Shown here: in pieces, positions 46,049 through 54,111 of the stretch | Layout of the letters: the number at the start of each line of letters is the position of its first letter | How positions within the stretch are numbered: the stretch's first letter is position 1 | Translations under genes and position numbers: made by a program | Notes under the pieces: generated by a model | Seen by the model: the letters and a program-made list of their open reading frames with translations, nothing else | The model's database searches: none | Told to the model about the DNA's origin: nothing | Assembly (NCBI GenBank): GCA_019244395.1 | Contig: JAFASQ010000019.1 | Span: forward strand, 1,118 to 65,117 | DNA length: 64,000 bases | Direction: 5' to 3' | DNA from: Solirubrobacterales bacterium | GTDB lineage: Bacteria; Actinomycetota; Thermoleophilia; Solirubrobacterales; Solirubrobacteraceae

Positions 46049-47769
46049 GCGCGCTGGCGGATCCGTTCACGGCCACCCGCGCCCTCGGCGCCACCGGGCT
46101 ACTGCGCGCGTTCAACGACAGCGGCCTGCTGTCAGCGGCCGACGTGCACGTCGCGGCGCGGCTGGCCGAGCTGGGCGAGGAGGAGGCCGATGCGGTGAGG
46201 CTGGCCGTGGCGCTCGCGGTGCGCGGTCCGCGGCTCGGCCACGTGTTCGTGGACCTGGCCACGATCCGTGAGACCGCGAACGTCGAGAGCGAGGAGCCGG
46301 TCGACCTCTCCGCGCTTCCGTGGCCGGAGCCCGGTGCCTGGCTCGCTGCGGTGAGATCCAGTCAGCTGGTCGCGATCGGCGAGGAGGATCCCGCCGCCGA
46401 GGTCGACCGGCCGCTGCGGCTGATCGGCACCCGGCTCTACCTCGATCGCTACTGGCGCGAGGAGCGGGCCGTGGCCGCCGATCTGAATGGGCTGACCGCG
46501 CGCCGGCGCCTGTCGGTGATCGCCGGTGGCCCCGGCACCGGGAAGACCACCGAGGTGGCTCGGATGGTCGCGGAGCTGGTCGAGCAGGCCGCCGCTGAAG
46601 GCTCGCGGCCGCCGCTGATCGCACTGGCGGCGCCCACCGGCAAGGCGGCCGCGCGTCTCGAGGAGGCGGTGCACGACGAGGCCGCGCGACTGCCCCTCGG
46701 CGAGGAGATCCGTACGTGGCTGATGGACCTGCGCGCCTCAACCGTGCACCGGCTGCTCGGCCGGCGTCCCGGGAGCCACAGTCGCTTCGCCCACCACCGT
46801 GTCAGTCGCCTGCCGCATGACGTGGTGATCGTGGACGAGACATCGATGGTGTCGCTGTCGCTGATGGCGCGGCTGGTGGAGGCGGTGCGCCCCGAGGCGC
46901 GGCTGGTGCTGGTCGGCGACCCCGGGCAGCTCACCTCAATCGAGGCCGGGGTCGTCCTCGGCGACATCGTCGGTGCTGCCGGGAGGGCGGTCGCGGAGGG
47001 GATCGTCGTCCTCGAGCGAGTGCATCGCTACGGCGTCGGCATCGCCAAGCTGGCCGACGCGGTGCGTCGCGGCGATGCTGACGCCACCATGGCCGCGCTG
47101 GGCGAGGCGCCGGGCGAGGTGGCGTGGCTGCCGGTTGAGGTCGAGGAGGGCGGGGCCATGGGCGAGCTCCGGTTGGTGCGAGAGCGGGCGGTGGCGGCCG
47201 GCGCCGCCGTGGTCGCGGCCGCGCGCGGCGGCGCGGCTCGCGTCGCGCTCGAGGCGCTGGGACGGTTCCGCCTGCTCTGCGCGCACCGCCGCGGCCCCTA
47301 CGGGGTGAGCGACTGGAGCACGCGCGTGCGCGGCTGGCTGTCGACCGAGATCGAGGACCTCGACGTCGAGCAGCGCGACTACGTGGGCCGGCCGTTGCTG
47401 ATCACCGAGAACGACTACGAGCTGGGGCTCTACAACGGCGACACGGGTGTGATCGTGCAGGACTCCCCGCAGCATCCCAGCGCGGTCTTCGAGCGCGGTC
47501 GTCAGCTCATGCACTTCAGCCCGCTGCGACTGGGCGCGGTCGACACCGTGTACGCGATGACCGTGCACAAGAGCCAGGGCTCGCAATTCGACACCGCGGC
47601 CGTGCTGCTGCCGTCCGCGAGCTCGCGCATCCTCACCCGCGAGCTGCTCTACACCGCGGTCACGCGGGCGCGCCGGGAGCTGATCCTGGTGGCCAGCGAG
47701 GACGCGGTGAGGCGCGCGGTGGAGCGCCCGGTGGCGCGTGCCTCCGGGCTTGGCGAGAGGCTGCGGTAA
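46045..47769 (+). CDS. recD: Exodeoxyribonuclease V alpha chain
   Basis: GGPGTGKT, APTGKAAARL, TVHRLLG, VDETSMV, LVGDPGQL, YAMTVHKSQGS, LLYTAVTRA; GTGA overlap with recB. Confidence 0.95.
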   Translation: MSALADPFTATRALGATGLLRAFNDSGLLSAADVHVAARLAELGEEEADAVRLAVALAVRGPRLGHVFVDLATIRETANVESEEPVDLSALPWPEPGAWLAAVRSSQLVAIGEEDPAAEVDRPLRLIGTRLYLDRYWREERAVAADLNGLTARRRLSVIAGGPGTGKTTEVARMVAELVEQAAAEGSRPPLIALAAPTGKAAARLEEAVHDEAARLPLGEEIRTWLMDLRASTVHRLLGRRPGSHSRFAHHRVSRLPHDVVIVDETSMVSLSLMARLVEAVRPEARLVLVGDPGQLTSIEAGVVLGDIVGAAGRAVAEGIVVLERVHRYGVGIAKLADAVRRGDADATMAALGEAPGEVAWLPVEVEEGGAMGELRLVRERAVAAGAAVVAAARGGAARVALEALGRFRLLCAHRRGPYGVSDWSTRVRGWLSTEIEDLDVEQRDYVGRPLLITENDYELGLYNGDTGVIVQDSPQHPSAVFERGRQLMHFSPLRLGAVDTVYAMTVHKSQGSQFDTAAVLLPSASSRILTRELLYTAVTRARRELILVASEDAVRRAVERPVARASGLGERLR

Positions 47770-47832
47770 GGTGGGCAGCTCACGGACCGAGAGGGACTGT
47801 TGTCGATCAGCGCCGACGGCGACTAGAAGCTC

Positions 47833-48438
47833 GTGACGGACAGCATTGCGGCACGGCTTGGGCGTCCGCCCGGAACTTCTCGGCGCGCGGTGAGCCGCAC
47901 CGCGCTTGAACTGTTCGCCGAGCGTGGCTTTGAGGAGACCACGGTCGACGACATCGCCGACGCGCTCGGCGTGAGCCGCCGGACGCTGTTTCGCTACTTC
48001 GCCTCCAAGAACGACATGGCCTGGGGCGACTTCGACTGGGTGCTCGCGCGCCTGCGCCGCTGCCTGGAAGCCACCGAGCCCGACGAACCCCTGCACAAGG
48101 CGCTCGGCCGGGCCGTTGTCGAGTCAAATCGCTACGAGGACGATCAGCTGCCGGAGCTCCGGATTCGCATGCGCCTCATCACCGGGGTTCCGGCTCTGCA
48201 GGCGCATTCCACTCTGCGCTACGCGGAATGGCGCGCGGTGATCGCCGAGTTCGTGGCACGGCGGCTTGGCTGCCAAGTGGATGACCTGATCCCGCAGACG
48301 GTGGCGCATGCGGCGCTCGGCACGTCGATGGCGGCGTTTCTGGTCTGGGTCGATGAGCCGTCGAGCGACCTTGTGCAGAACCTCGAGGAGGCGTACGCGT
48401 TGCTGGGTTCGGGGCTGCGCGCGCTCGACGCGGCGTGA
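47833..48438 (+). CDS. mftR: TetR-family regulator of the mycofactocin system
   Basis: GRPPGTS, GFEETTVDDIA..GVSRRTLFRYF.SKND..WGDF, ELRIRMRLI..VPALQAHS.LRYAEWR..IAEFVARR; mft genes in the same window. Confidence 0.8.
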   Translation: MTDSIAARLGRPPGTSRRAVSRTALELFAERGFEETTVDDIADALGVSRRTLFRYFASKNDMAWGDFDWVLARLRRCLEATEPDEPLHKALGRAVVESNRYEDDQLPELRIRMRLITGVPALQAHSTLRYAEWRAVIAEFVARRLGCQVDDLIPQTVAHAALGTSMAAFLVWVDEPSSDLVQNLEEAYALLGSGLRALDAA

Positions 48439-49451
48439 CTCCGGAGGAGCGGGTCAGCGCCCAGCTGCTCGCGGGTCCCTATGGGCAGGATCCGGTGGCG
48501 GTGGTCGAGCACTTGTTGGCGGTGCAAGCCCAGGACGCGCGCGGCGCGAGGCTGGCGATACGAGCACGGACCACCGGCCTCAGGGCCGGCGACGTCGACC
48601 GGAGCTTGACGGTGGATCGATCGCTGCTCATCAGCTGGCTGAATCGCGGCACCCTGCATCTGGTCGCAAGCGGCGACTACCGGTGGCTTCATGCCTTGAC
48701 GACACCGCAGCTGTTCACCGGGAACGCGCGGCGGTTGGCCCAGGAGGGAGTCGCCCCGGACGCCGCCGACCGCGCCGTTACGGCAATCGAACGCGCACTC
48801 GCCCGCGACGGAGCGTTGACGCGCACGCAGCTGTGCGAGCGCATCGACCGAGCCGGCATCCGAACCGCGGGCCAAGCGCTCGTTCACCTGCTCATGCTCG
48901 CGTGCCTGCGGGGCCTGACGGTTCGCGGACCGATGGTGGACGGTCAACACGCCTACGTGCTCGTGCGCGACTGGCTCGGCGAGCCCAAGGCCGTGTCGCG
49001 CGAGAACGCCCTGGCGGAGCTCGCCCGGCGCTATCTGACCGGGCACGCTCCGGCCGGCGAGCGCGACCTCGCCCGTTGGGCCGGACTGCCGCTGCGCGAT
49101 GCGCGCGCGGGCCTGAAGGCGATCGCCGGCGAGCTTGAAGTTCGAGCCGATGGCCTGGTCAGCCTCGCCGGCCGCCCGCCCGTGGGCCGTCTTGCCGCGC
49201 CGCGCTTGCTCGGCGCCTTTGATCCGCTGCTCATGGGATGGTGCTCACGCCAGGCGATCCTTGGCGAGCACGAGTCGCGCGTGGTGAGCGGCGGGCTGTT
49301 CCGGCCAATCGCCCTGGTGCGCGGCCGCGCCGCAGCGACGTGGAGCCTCTCGCGCGGCCGCGTCGTGCTCGAGCCGTTCGTCCGCCTGGGGCGTGCCGCG
49401 GTTCCCGCGCTCGAGGCCGACGCCGACGACGTGGTTCGCTTCCTTCGATAG
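48435..49451 (+). CDS. AlkZ/YcaQ-like winged-helix DNA glycosylase (HTH_42)
   Basis: LLAVQAQD (Q-x-D type motif), WLNRGTLHLV, LARRYL.GHAPA...DLARWAGL, LLGAFD.LL.G; GTGA overlap with mftR. Confidence 0.85.
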   Translation: MTPEERVSAQLLAGPYGQDPVAVVEHLLAVQAQDARGARLAIRARTTGLRAGDVDRSLTVDRSLLISWLNRGTLHLVASGDYRWLHALTTPQLFTGNARRLAQEGVAPDAADRAVTAIERALARDGALTRTQLCERIDRAGIRTAGQALVHLLMLACLRGLTVRGPMVDGQHAYVLVRDWLGEPKAVSRENALAELARRYLTGHAPAGERDLARWAGLPLRDARAGLKAIAGELEVRADGLVSLAGRPPVGRLAAPRLLGAFDPLLMGWCSRQAILGEHESRVVSGGLFRPIALVRGRAAATWSLSRGRVVLEPFVRLGRAAVPALEADADDVVRFLR

Positions 49452-49479
49452 GGCTGTGTCTGGGTGACGACGATCCCAG

Positions 49480-49504
49480 GTTTGCGCGGAGTGGGTGCGG
49501 GAAG
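49480..49504 (+). promoter_or_regulatory. SigB/SigF-type general-stress promoter
   Basis: GTTT-15 nt-GGGAAG upstream of a CsbD-like gene. Confidence 0.55.
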
Positions 49505-49532
49505 TTGACCGGCTAAACCAGTCGGAGGGACG

Positions 49533-49715
49533 ATGTTCAAGAGCTCAAGGCGGGATAAAGCGGAAGGTCGACTGGACCGGCTCGGCGGTCGAGTACTCGA
49601 GCTGGTGGGGCGGCTGACCGGCCGCTCATCGCAGAAGGCCAAGGGGAAGGCGGCTCGCGCGCGTGGGGCGGGTAGGACTCGAAAGGGGCAGGCGAAGCAG
49701 CGGGTAAAGCGCTAA
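49533..49715 (+). CDS. CsbD-like small basic protein
   Basis: DKAEGRLDRLGGRVLELVGRLTG...KAKGKA pattern; GGAGGG RBS. Confidence 0.7.
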   Translation: MFKSSRRDKAEGRLDRLGGRVLELVGRLTGRSSQKAKGKAARARGAGRTRKGQAKQRVKR

Positions 49716-49837
49716 GCGGCTTCATTTCACCGATCCTCGGACTGATTGCACAGCCTTGCCCGGGTCCTCTCCCGTGTTTGTCCGCGCAGGTCAGCGGGCA
49801 GCACGCCGTTAGGGATCGAATCGAGGAGGCGCAAGTC

Positions 49838-50101
49838 GTGTTTCACATCATCGGACTAATTCTCATCGGGCTGGTCGTCGGCGCGCTTGGGCGCCTCTTC
49901 CATCCCGGCCGGGACAAGATGGGGCTTCTCATGACGATGGTCATCGGAGTCGCATCGGTTCTGATCGCGGGTTTGCTCATCCACGGCTTCTTGGGCTTCG
50001 TCATTGCGGTGGTGATCGGAGTCGTGCTCGTGGCGCTCTGGTCGCGGCTCGTTGAGGCTCGTCGCAGGCCCACCTGGCGGCAGAAACTCAAGATCGACTG
50101 A
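49838..50101 (+). CDS. GlsB/YeaQ/YmgE (transglycosylase-associated) membrane protein
   Basis: IIGLILIGLVVGALGRLFHPGRDKMGLLMTMVIGV; GAGGAGG RBS before GTG 49838. Confidence 0.85.
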   Translation: MFHIIGLILIGLVVGALGRLFHPGRDKMGLLMTMVIGVASVLIAGLLIHGFLGFVIAVVIGVVLVALWSRLVEARRRPTWRQKLKID

Positions 50102-50179
50102 GGCACGTCGGCGATCCATAGCCGCACTCGAGCCTGCCAGCGGCAGCGAGCCGCCCCGAAGGTTGGCGATAGTAGATGG

Positions 50180-50635
50180 ATGCGCGAGGACCCGTCCGGG
50201 GCGACGCATGTGGTTGTTGTCGAGGTCACCGCGGGTGAGCGTCGTCGGACGCCGCGGGGTGTGATCGTCGCACTCGTGCTATTGCTGTTGATCGCCTCGG
50301 CGGGGCTGCTGTGGCTGGGCAATCGAAATGTTGCCGGTCCGGTCATGCGTAACAGAGGTCCGGACGGAGTCGCAGCCGTGTACGGCTATCCGCTCAGGTG
50401 TCTGAGCGTCACCATCCTGGCCACCAACCGCACGTACGCCCGGGCCGACTTCAATCACCTGAGTCGGTGCGGACGGTACACGTGGTATCCGACCGCGATC
50501 TTTCACTACGCCTCGGGGAGGTGGCGGACCGTGCTCGACGCGATCAACTACGTGTGTCCGGTCGCTTCGCTGCCGCGCCCGGTGCAGACCGACCTCGGTG
50601 TGTGTGACCTCTCAGGGGTTCAGTCGGGCTCGTAG
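50180..50635 (+). CDS. Hypothetical membrane-anchored or exported protein
   Basis: One TM segment (GVIVALVLLLLIASAGLLWL) then a Cys-containing domain with four Cys. Confidence 0.6.
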   Translation: MREDPSGATHVVVVEVTAGERRRTPRGVIVALVLLLLIASAGLLWLGNRNVAGPVMRNRGPDGVAAVYGYPLRCLSVTILATNRTYARADFNHLSRCGRYTWYPTAIFHYASGRWRTVLDAINYVCPVASLPRPVQTDLGVCDLSGVQSGS

Positions 50636-51007
50636 GTAATACAGCGCGGCCCGGAGCTCTGATATGTGAATGTCGGGGTTGTAGAGAGGACTCCGGCAAC
50701 CGTCGGTGAGGAGTCGGCGCAGATCAGCCACGGCCGGCGGATCGGGGTCGTCACATCGGTCGAGCGAATCGGCGAGCTCGAGCAGGTCGGGCCTGACCGC
50801 CGCGACCCGGTCGAGCAGCAACACCTCGAACCGGCGCCGGGCGCGGCCGCGGTGCAGCCCGCGATCGGCGACCCGTCGGAGGTCGCCCGCGAGCGTGCGA
50901 CGCAGACGGGCGCTGACCGGCCGCATGCGCTTGCCGGCAAGGCGGGACTGCTCCGCTTCGGCCGGCGAGATGCCGAGATCCGCCAGCGGCTGATGCGATC
51001 TCCACAC
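50612..51007 (-). CDS. Hypothetical protein
   Basis: Protein-like C-terminus LRRLLTDGCRSPLYNPDIHISELRAALYYLR; start uncertain. Confidence 0.55.
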   Translation of the reverse strand: MWRSHQPLADLGISPAEAEQSRLAGKRMRPVSARLRRTLAGDLRRVADRGLHRGRARRRFEVLLLDRVAAVRPDLLELADSLDRCDDPDPPAVADLRRLLTDGCRSPLYNPDIHISELRAALYYLRARLNP

Positions 51008-51079
51008 TGCCCGACAGAGCCGGCAACGTGCGGCTTTGATACGAGACGGCTCACCGCATATTCACCTGGCGGGCCGAGA

Positions 51080-52309
51080 TCAGCCGCGATGCGCGGCCGT
51101 GGCGGCGTTGGCGCCGGCAATCTCGCGGATGAACTCGCCGGCGGCGGCGAACGCGTCGGCAGCCTCGGGCAGGAACGACCAGAACAGCTGGAAGGCATGC
51201 GCCTGCACCGGATAGAGCTCCAACCGGGCGGCCACGCCATGTTCCTGCGCGCGGATCGCGAGCGCTTCGGCGTCGGCCAGGCGGGCGTCACCGGTGGCGG
51301 CCTGAATCAGCATCGGCGGCAGGCCGGCGAGGTCGGCGCCGAGCGGGTCGACGATCGGATCGTCGGCTGGATGACCGTTCAGATAGGCCCGGGTGCAGCG
51401 GGTCGCCTCAGCATCGGTCGCCATCGGAGCAGCGGCCTCGCCGGCGTCCGTCGGGCGGGCCATCTCGTGCAGCCCGAGGTCGAGCCAGGGGCAGAGCAGG
51501 ACGGCGGCGCCCGGATACGGCGCGCACTGGTCTTTCAAGGTCAGCAGCAGCGACATCGCGAGCCCTCCGCCCGCGGAGTCACCGGCCACGACCACGCGGT
51601 CGGCTGGGACGCCCTGCTCGAGCAACCACCGATACGCGCTCACCGCATCCTGCACGGCGGCGGGGAACGGATGCTCGGGGGCGAGACGGTAATCCGGAAC
51701 GAGTACCGCGGTCTGGGCCGCGGCGGCCAGGGCGCCGGCGTGTGGTTGATAGCCGAACGCCGACCCCACCACGTACCCGCCGCCGTGCAGATAGAGCACG
51801 GTGGGCTCCGGGTGATCCGGGGGCGCCGCGATCAGCGACGGCACGCCGCCGGCGGTGACCGGCCGGACGCTCGTACCAGCCGGTGGGCTGAACCCCGCCT
51901 GAAGCCGCTCGAAGGCAGCCCGCGCGTCGTGCAGGCCCTCTTCCTGGGCGACGAGTCCGGACAGCGGCTCGAGCAGCCGGGCGACGCGCCCGAGCAGTTC
52001 ACCACCGACCGCCAGCGTCGCGGACACCGCCTCGTCGACATCGCGGAGGAGCTTGCGGGCTCGATCCAGCAGCGCCTCGTCGGCCAGTGTCAGCTCGACG
52101 CGGTGCGTCGATCGCCGCAGCAGCTCACACCCGACGAGTTGCTCGAGCGAGCGGATCTGCCGGCTGAGCGCCGGTTGGGAAACGTATAGCCGGTCGGCGG
52201 CACGGCCGAAGTTGAGCTCCTCGGCGACCGCCACGAACGCCCGCAGGTGGCGTAGCTCTATGCCATCGGGCGCCTGCGGGAAAGGGAGCAGATGTCCGCG
52301 TTCCGGCAC
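51080..52309 (-). CDS. LysR-type HTH fused to an HSL-family alpha/beta hydrolase
   Basis: IELRHLRAFVAVAEELNFGRAADRLYVSQPALSRQIRSLE; then YLHGGGY, DYRLAPEHPFPAA, GDSAG, D and AHAF; start GTG 52309. Confidence 0.88.
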   Translation of the reverse strand: MPERGHLLPFPQAPDGIELRHLRAFVAVAEELNFGRAADRLYVSQPALSRQIRSLEQLVGCELLRRSTHRVELTLADEALLDRARKLLRDVDEAVSATLAVGGELLGRVARLLEPLSGLVAQEEGLHDARAAFERLQAGFSPPAGTSVRPVTAGGVPSLIAAPPDHPEPTVLYLHGGGYVVGSAFGYQPHAGALAAAAQTAVLVPDYRLAPEHPFPAAVQDAVSAYRWLLEQGVPADRVVVAGDSAGGGLAMSLLLTLKDQCAPYPGAAVLLCPWLDLGLHEMARPTDAGEAAAPMATDAEATRCTRAYLNGHPADDPIVDPLGADLAGLPPMLIQAATGDARLADAEALAIRAQEHGVAARLELYPVQAHAFQLFWSFLPEAADAFAAAGEFIREIAGANAATAAHRG

Positions 52310-52345
52310 TCGGCAAGTATGGCTCGGGCGCGCCCAGTTGGTGAT

Positions 52346-52378
52346 GCCGATCCTGCACGACCGTCGTGCAGGATCGGC
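52346..52378. promoter_or_regulatory. Perfect 33-bp palindrome in the divergent intergenic region
   Basis: GCCGATCCTGCACGAC-C-GTCGTGCAGGATCGGC followed on + by CTTTCCCTTTCT. Confidence 0.75.
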
Positions 52379-52416
52379 CTTTCCCTTTCTCGCGCGTGGC
52401 TGGAACTCTGGCCCAC

Positions 52417-53007
52417 ATGTCATTGGCCGCGGATCTGAAATTGCGCTTCGGCCCCGTGCGGCTCCCGGCGCGCGTCTACCTGCCCGCGCCGCGGGCGCTG
52501 GCCGCCGGCCGGCCGACGCTCGTCGTCTGGCTCGCGGGCAGGAAGGGCGGCGATGTGCTGTGCCGCGATTTGAGCGCGGCCGCTGCGGCCGTGGTGCTCG
52601 AGCTTCCAAGTTCCGGTTTCCCGATTGGCGGCGGGCACGAGCTGGCGGCACTCGCGTGGGCGGCCGAGCACGCCTCGGAGTTCGGAGTTGGCGGCGGCTC
52701 GCTGGTGGTCGGAGGTCAGCTCGCCGGCGCAGCGCGCGCGGCACGACTCGCGCTCGATGCACGCGACAGCGGCTGGCCGGCGCTGCGCAGGCAGGTGCTC
52801 GTCCGGCCGACGTTCGCCGGTCCCGGCCTTGTGCCCACTGGAGTCGCTGGCATCGCCCCCGCGACAATCGTCACCAACGGCCTGCGAGGAGACGACGGGA
52901 GCCGTTTCGCGGCTACCCTGCGGGGCGCAGGTGTCGCCGTGCAGGAGCTGGTGAGCGACGCTCGTCGGGCGCTGCCCGTCCACGAGCTGGCCGCGGCGCT
53001 GCGATGA
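52417..53007 (+). CDS. Degenerate alpha/beta hydrolase (probable pseudo-enzyme)
   Basis: HSL-like scaffold (PARVYLP, PTLVVW, LCRDLS, ALAWAAEHASEFG, ALDARDSGWP, FAATLRGAGV) but GQLAG in place of GDSAG and no HGGG. Confidence 0.7.
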   Translation: MSLAADLKLRFGPVRLPARVYLPAPRALAAGRPTLVVWLAGRKGGDVLCRDLSAAAAAVVLELPSSGFPIGGGHELAALAWAAEHASEFGVGGGSLVVGGQLAGAARAARLALDARDSGWPALRRQVLVRPTFAGPGLVPTGVAGIAPATIVTNGLRGDDGSRFAATLRGAGVAVQELVSDARRALPVHELAAALR

Positions 53008-53627
53008 GTACCGGCTCGGCCACGATGAGAGCGGGTCCGATCCAGGACGATCTCGAGCGCCACCGCCTCGCGCTGACGCGGCACTGCACGCGCATGCTCG
53101 CCTCGACGTGCGACGCCGAAGACGCGGTTCAGGAGACCCTGCTGCGCGCCTGGCGGAGTCGTCGTCAGTACGAAGGGCGATCCTCGCTGCACTCGTGGCT
53201 GTACCGAATCGCAACCAACGTGTGCATCGACATGCTGAGCGATCGCTCGCGGCGCGCGGTGCCGGTCGAACCCGCGCAGGTCGAGGGCGCCCCGATCGAG
53301 GCGGGCGCCGACACCGATCCGGCGGCGCGCACACTGAGGCGTGAGACGTTCGGGCTCGCGCTGGTCGCGGCGATCGAGCGGCTGCCGGCGCGCCAGCGGG
53401 CCGTGCTGCTTCTGCGCGAGGCCCTGGACTGGAGGGCGAGCGAGATCGCGGAGCTGTTCGGGACCAGCGTCCCCGCGGTGAACAGCGCCCTGCAACGCGC
53501 GCGGGCGAGGCTCGACGGCGGTGGCGCCGAGGCGGACCTCACGCCAACGCCGGTCATGAAGGACCAGCACCGGCAGCTGCTGGCCTCGTACCTGGCTGGG
53601 TTCGAGGCCGGCAACTTTGCGCGGTAA
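53004..53627 (+). CDS. ECF sigma factor, SigG-like, lacking the SnoaL extension
   Basis: DAEDAVQETLLRAWR, SWLYRIATNVCID, LPARQRAVLLLRE.L.W.ASEIA, AVNSALQRARA; stops at YLAGFEAGNFAR; ATGA overlap with upstream gene. Confidence 0.88.
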   Translation: MSTGSATMRAGPIQDDLERHRLALTRHCTRMLASTCDAEDAVQETLLRAWRSRRQYEGRSSLHSWLYRIATNVCIDMLSDRSRRAVPVEPAQVEGAPIEAGADTDPAARTLRRETFGLALVAAIERLPARQRAVLLLREALDWRASEIAELFGTSVPAVNSALQRARARLDGGGAEADLTPTPVMKDQHRQLLASYLAGFEAGNFAR

Positions 53628-53664
53628 CGATGAGATCCGGGACCTCTCGGGGTCTGAACGGGAA

Positions 53665-54105
53665 ATGCGCACATGGGAGACAGAGACCACGGTTCCGGGA
53701 CCGCCGGCGGCAGTGCTCGAACTGCTCACGGAGCCGGACTCGATCTCGCGCTGGGCGCCGGTTCCGTTCGAGGTCGTGTCGCTGCGCGATCGCCGGCTGT
53801 GCACGGGCAGCCGCGCCCAGGTCGCGGGCCGGCTCGCTGGCCGCGCCGTCGAATTCGATGTCACCGTATTCGAGGCATCCGGAGAGCGGTTGGCGTTGGC
53901 GGCCGACGGTCCGATCTCGATCGGCGTCCAGTATGTCCTGCGCCAGGTCCCCGGCGGGAGCGACGTAAAAGCCTCGGTTTCGGTCGTCGGCCGGGGCCTG
54001 TTCGGCCGGGTCCTGGCCAGTGCCACCGAGGCGCTCCTCGCCGCCGGCGCGCTTCGCGTCTCGCTCGAGCGCCTTGGGCGCCTGCTGCGGCCTGCCGTGG
54101 CCTAG
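53665..54105 (+). CDS. SRPBCC/START-like family protein
   Basis: V...LTEPDSISRWAP N-terminal helix, beta-rich core, C-terminal helix SLERLGRLL. Confidence 0.65.
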   Translation: MRTWETETTVPGPPAAVLELLTEPDSISRWAPVPFEVVSLRDRRLCTGSRAQVAGRLAGRAVEFDVTVFEASGERLALAADGPISIGVQYVLRQVPGGSDVKASVSVVGRGLFGRVLASATEALLAAGALRVSLERLGRLLRPAVA

Positions 54106-54111
54106 CGTCAG

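Noticed and set aside
46872-49608. E. coli Chi octamers GCTGGTGG at 46872 and 49601 near recBCD
   Set aside because: Expected by chance in GC-rich coding DNA, and actinobacterial RecBCD is not known to use this Chi
50666-52867. Long ORFs 50666-52189 (+) and the 5' extension of 51080-52867 (-)
   Set aside because: Antisense shadow of real genes, and an Arg/Pro/Ala-rich extension upstream of the LysR HTH that would overlap the divergent gene
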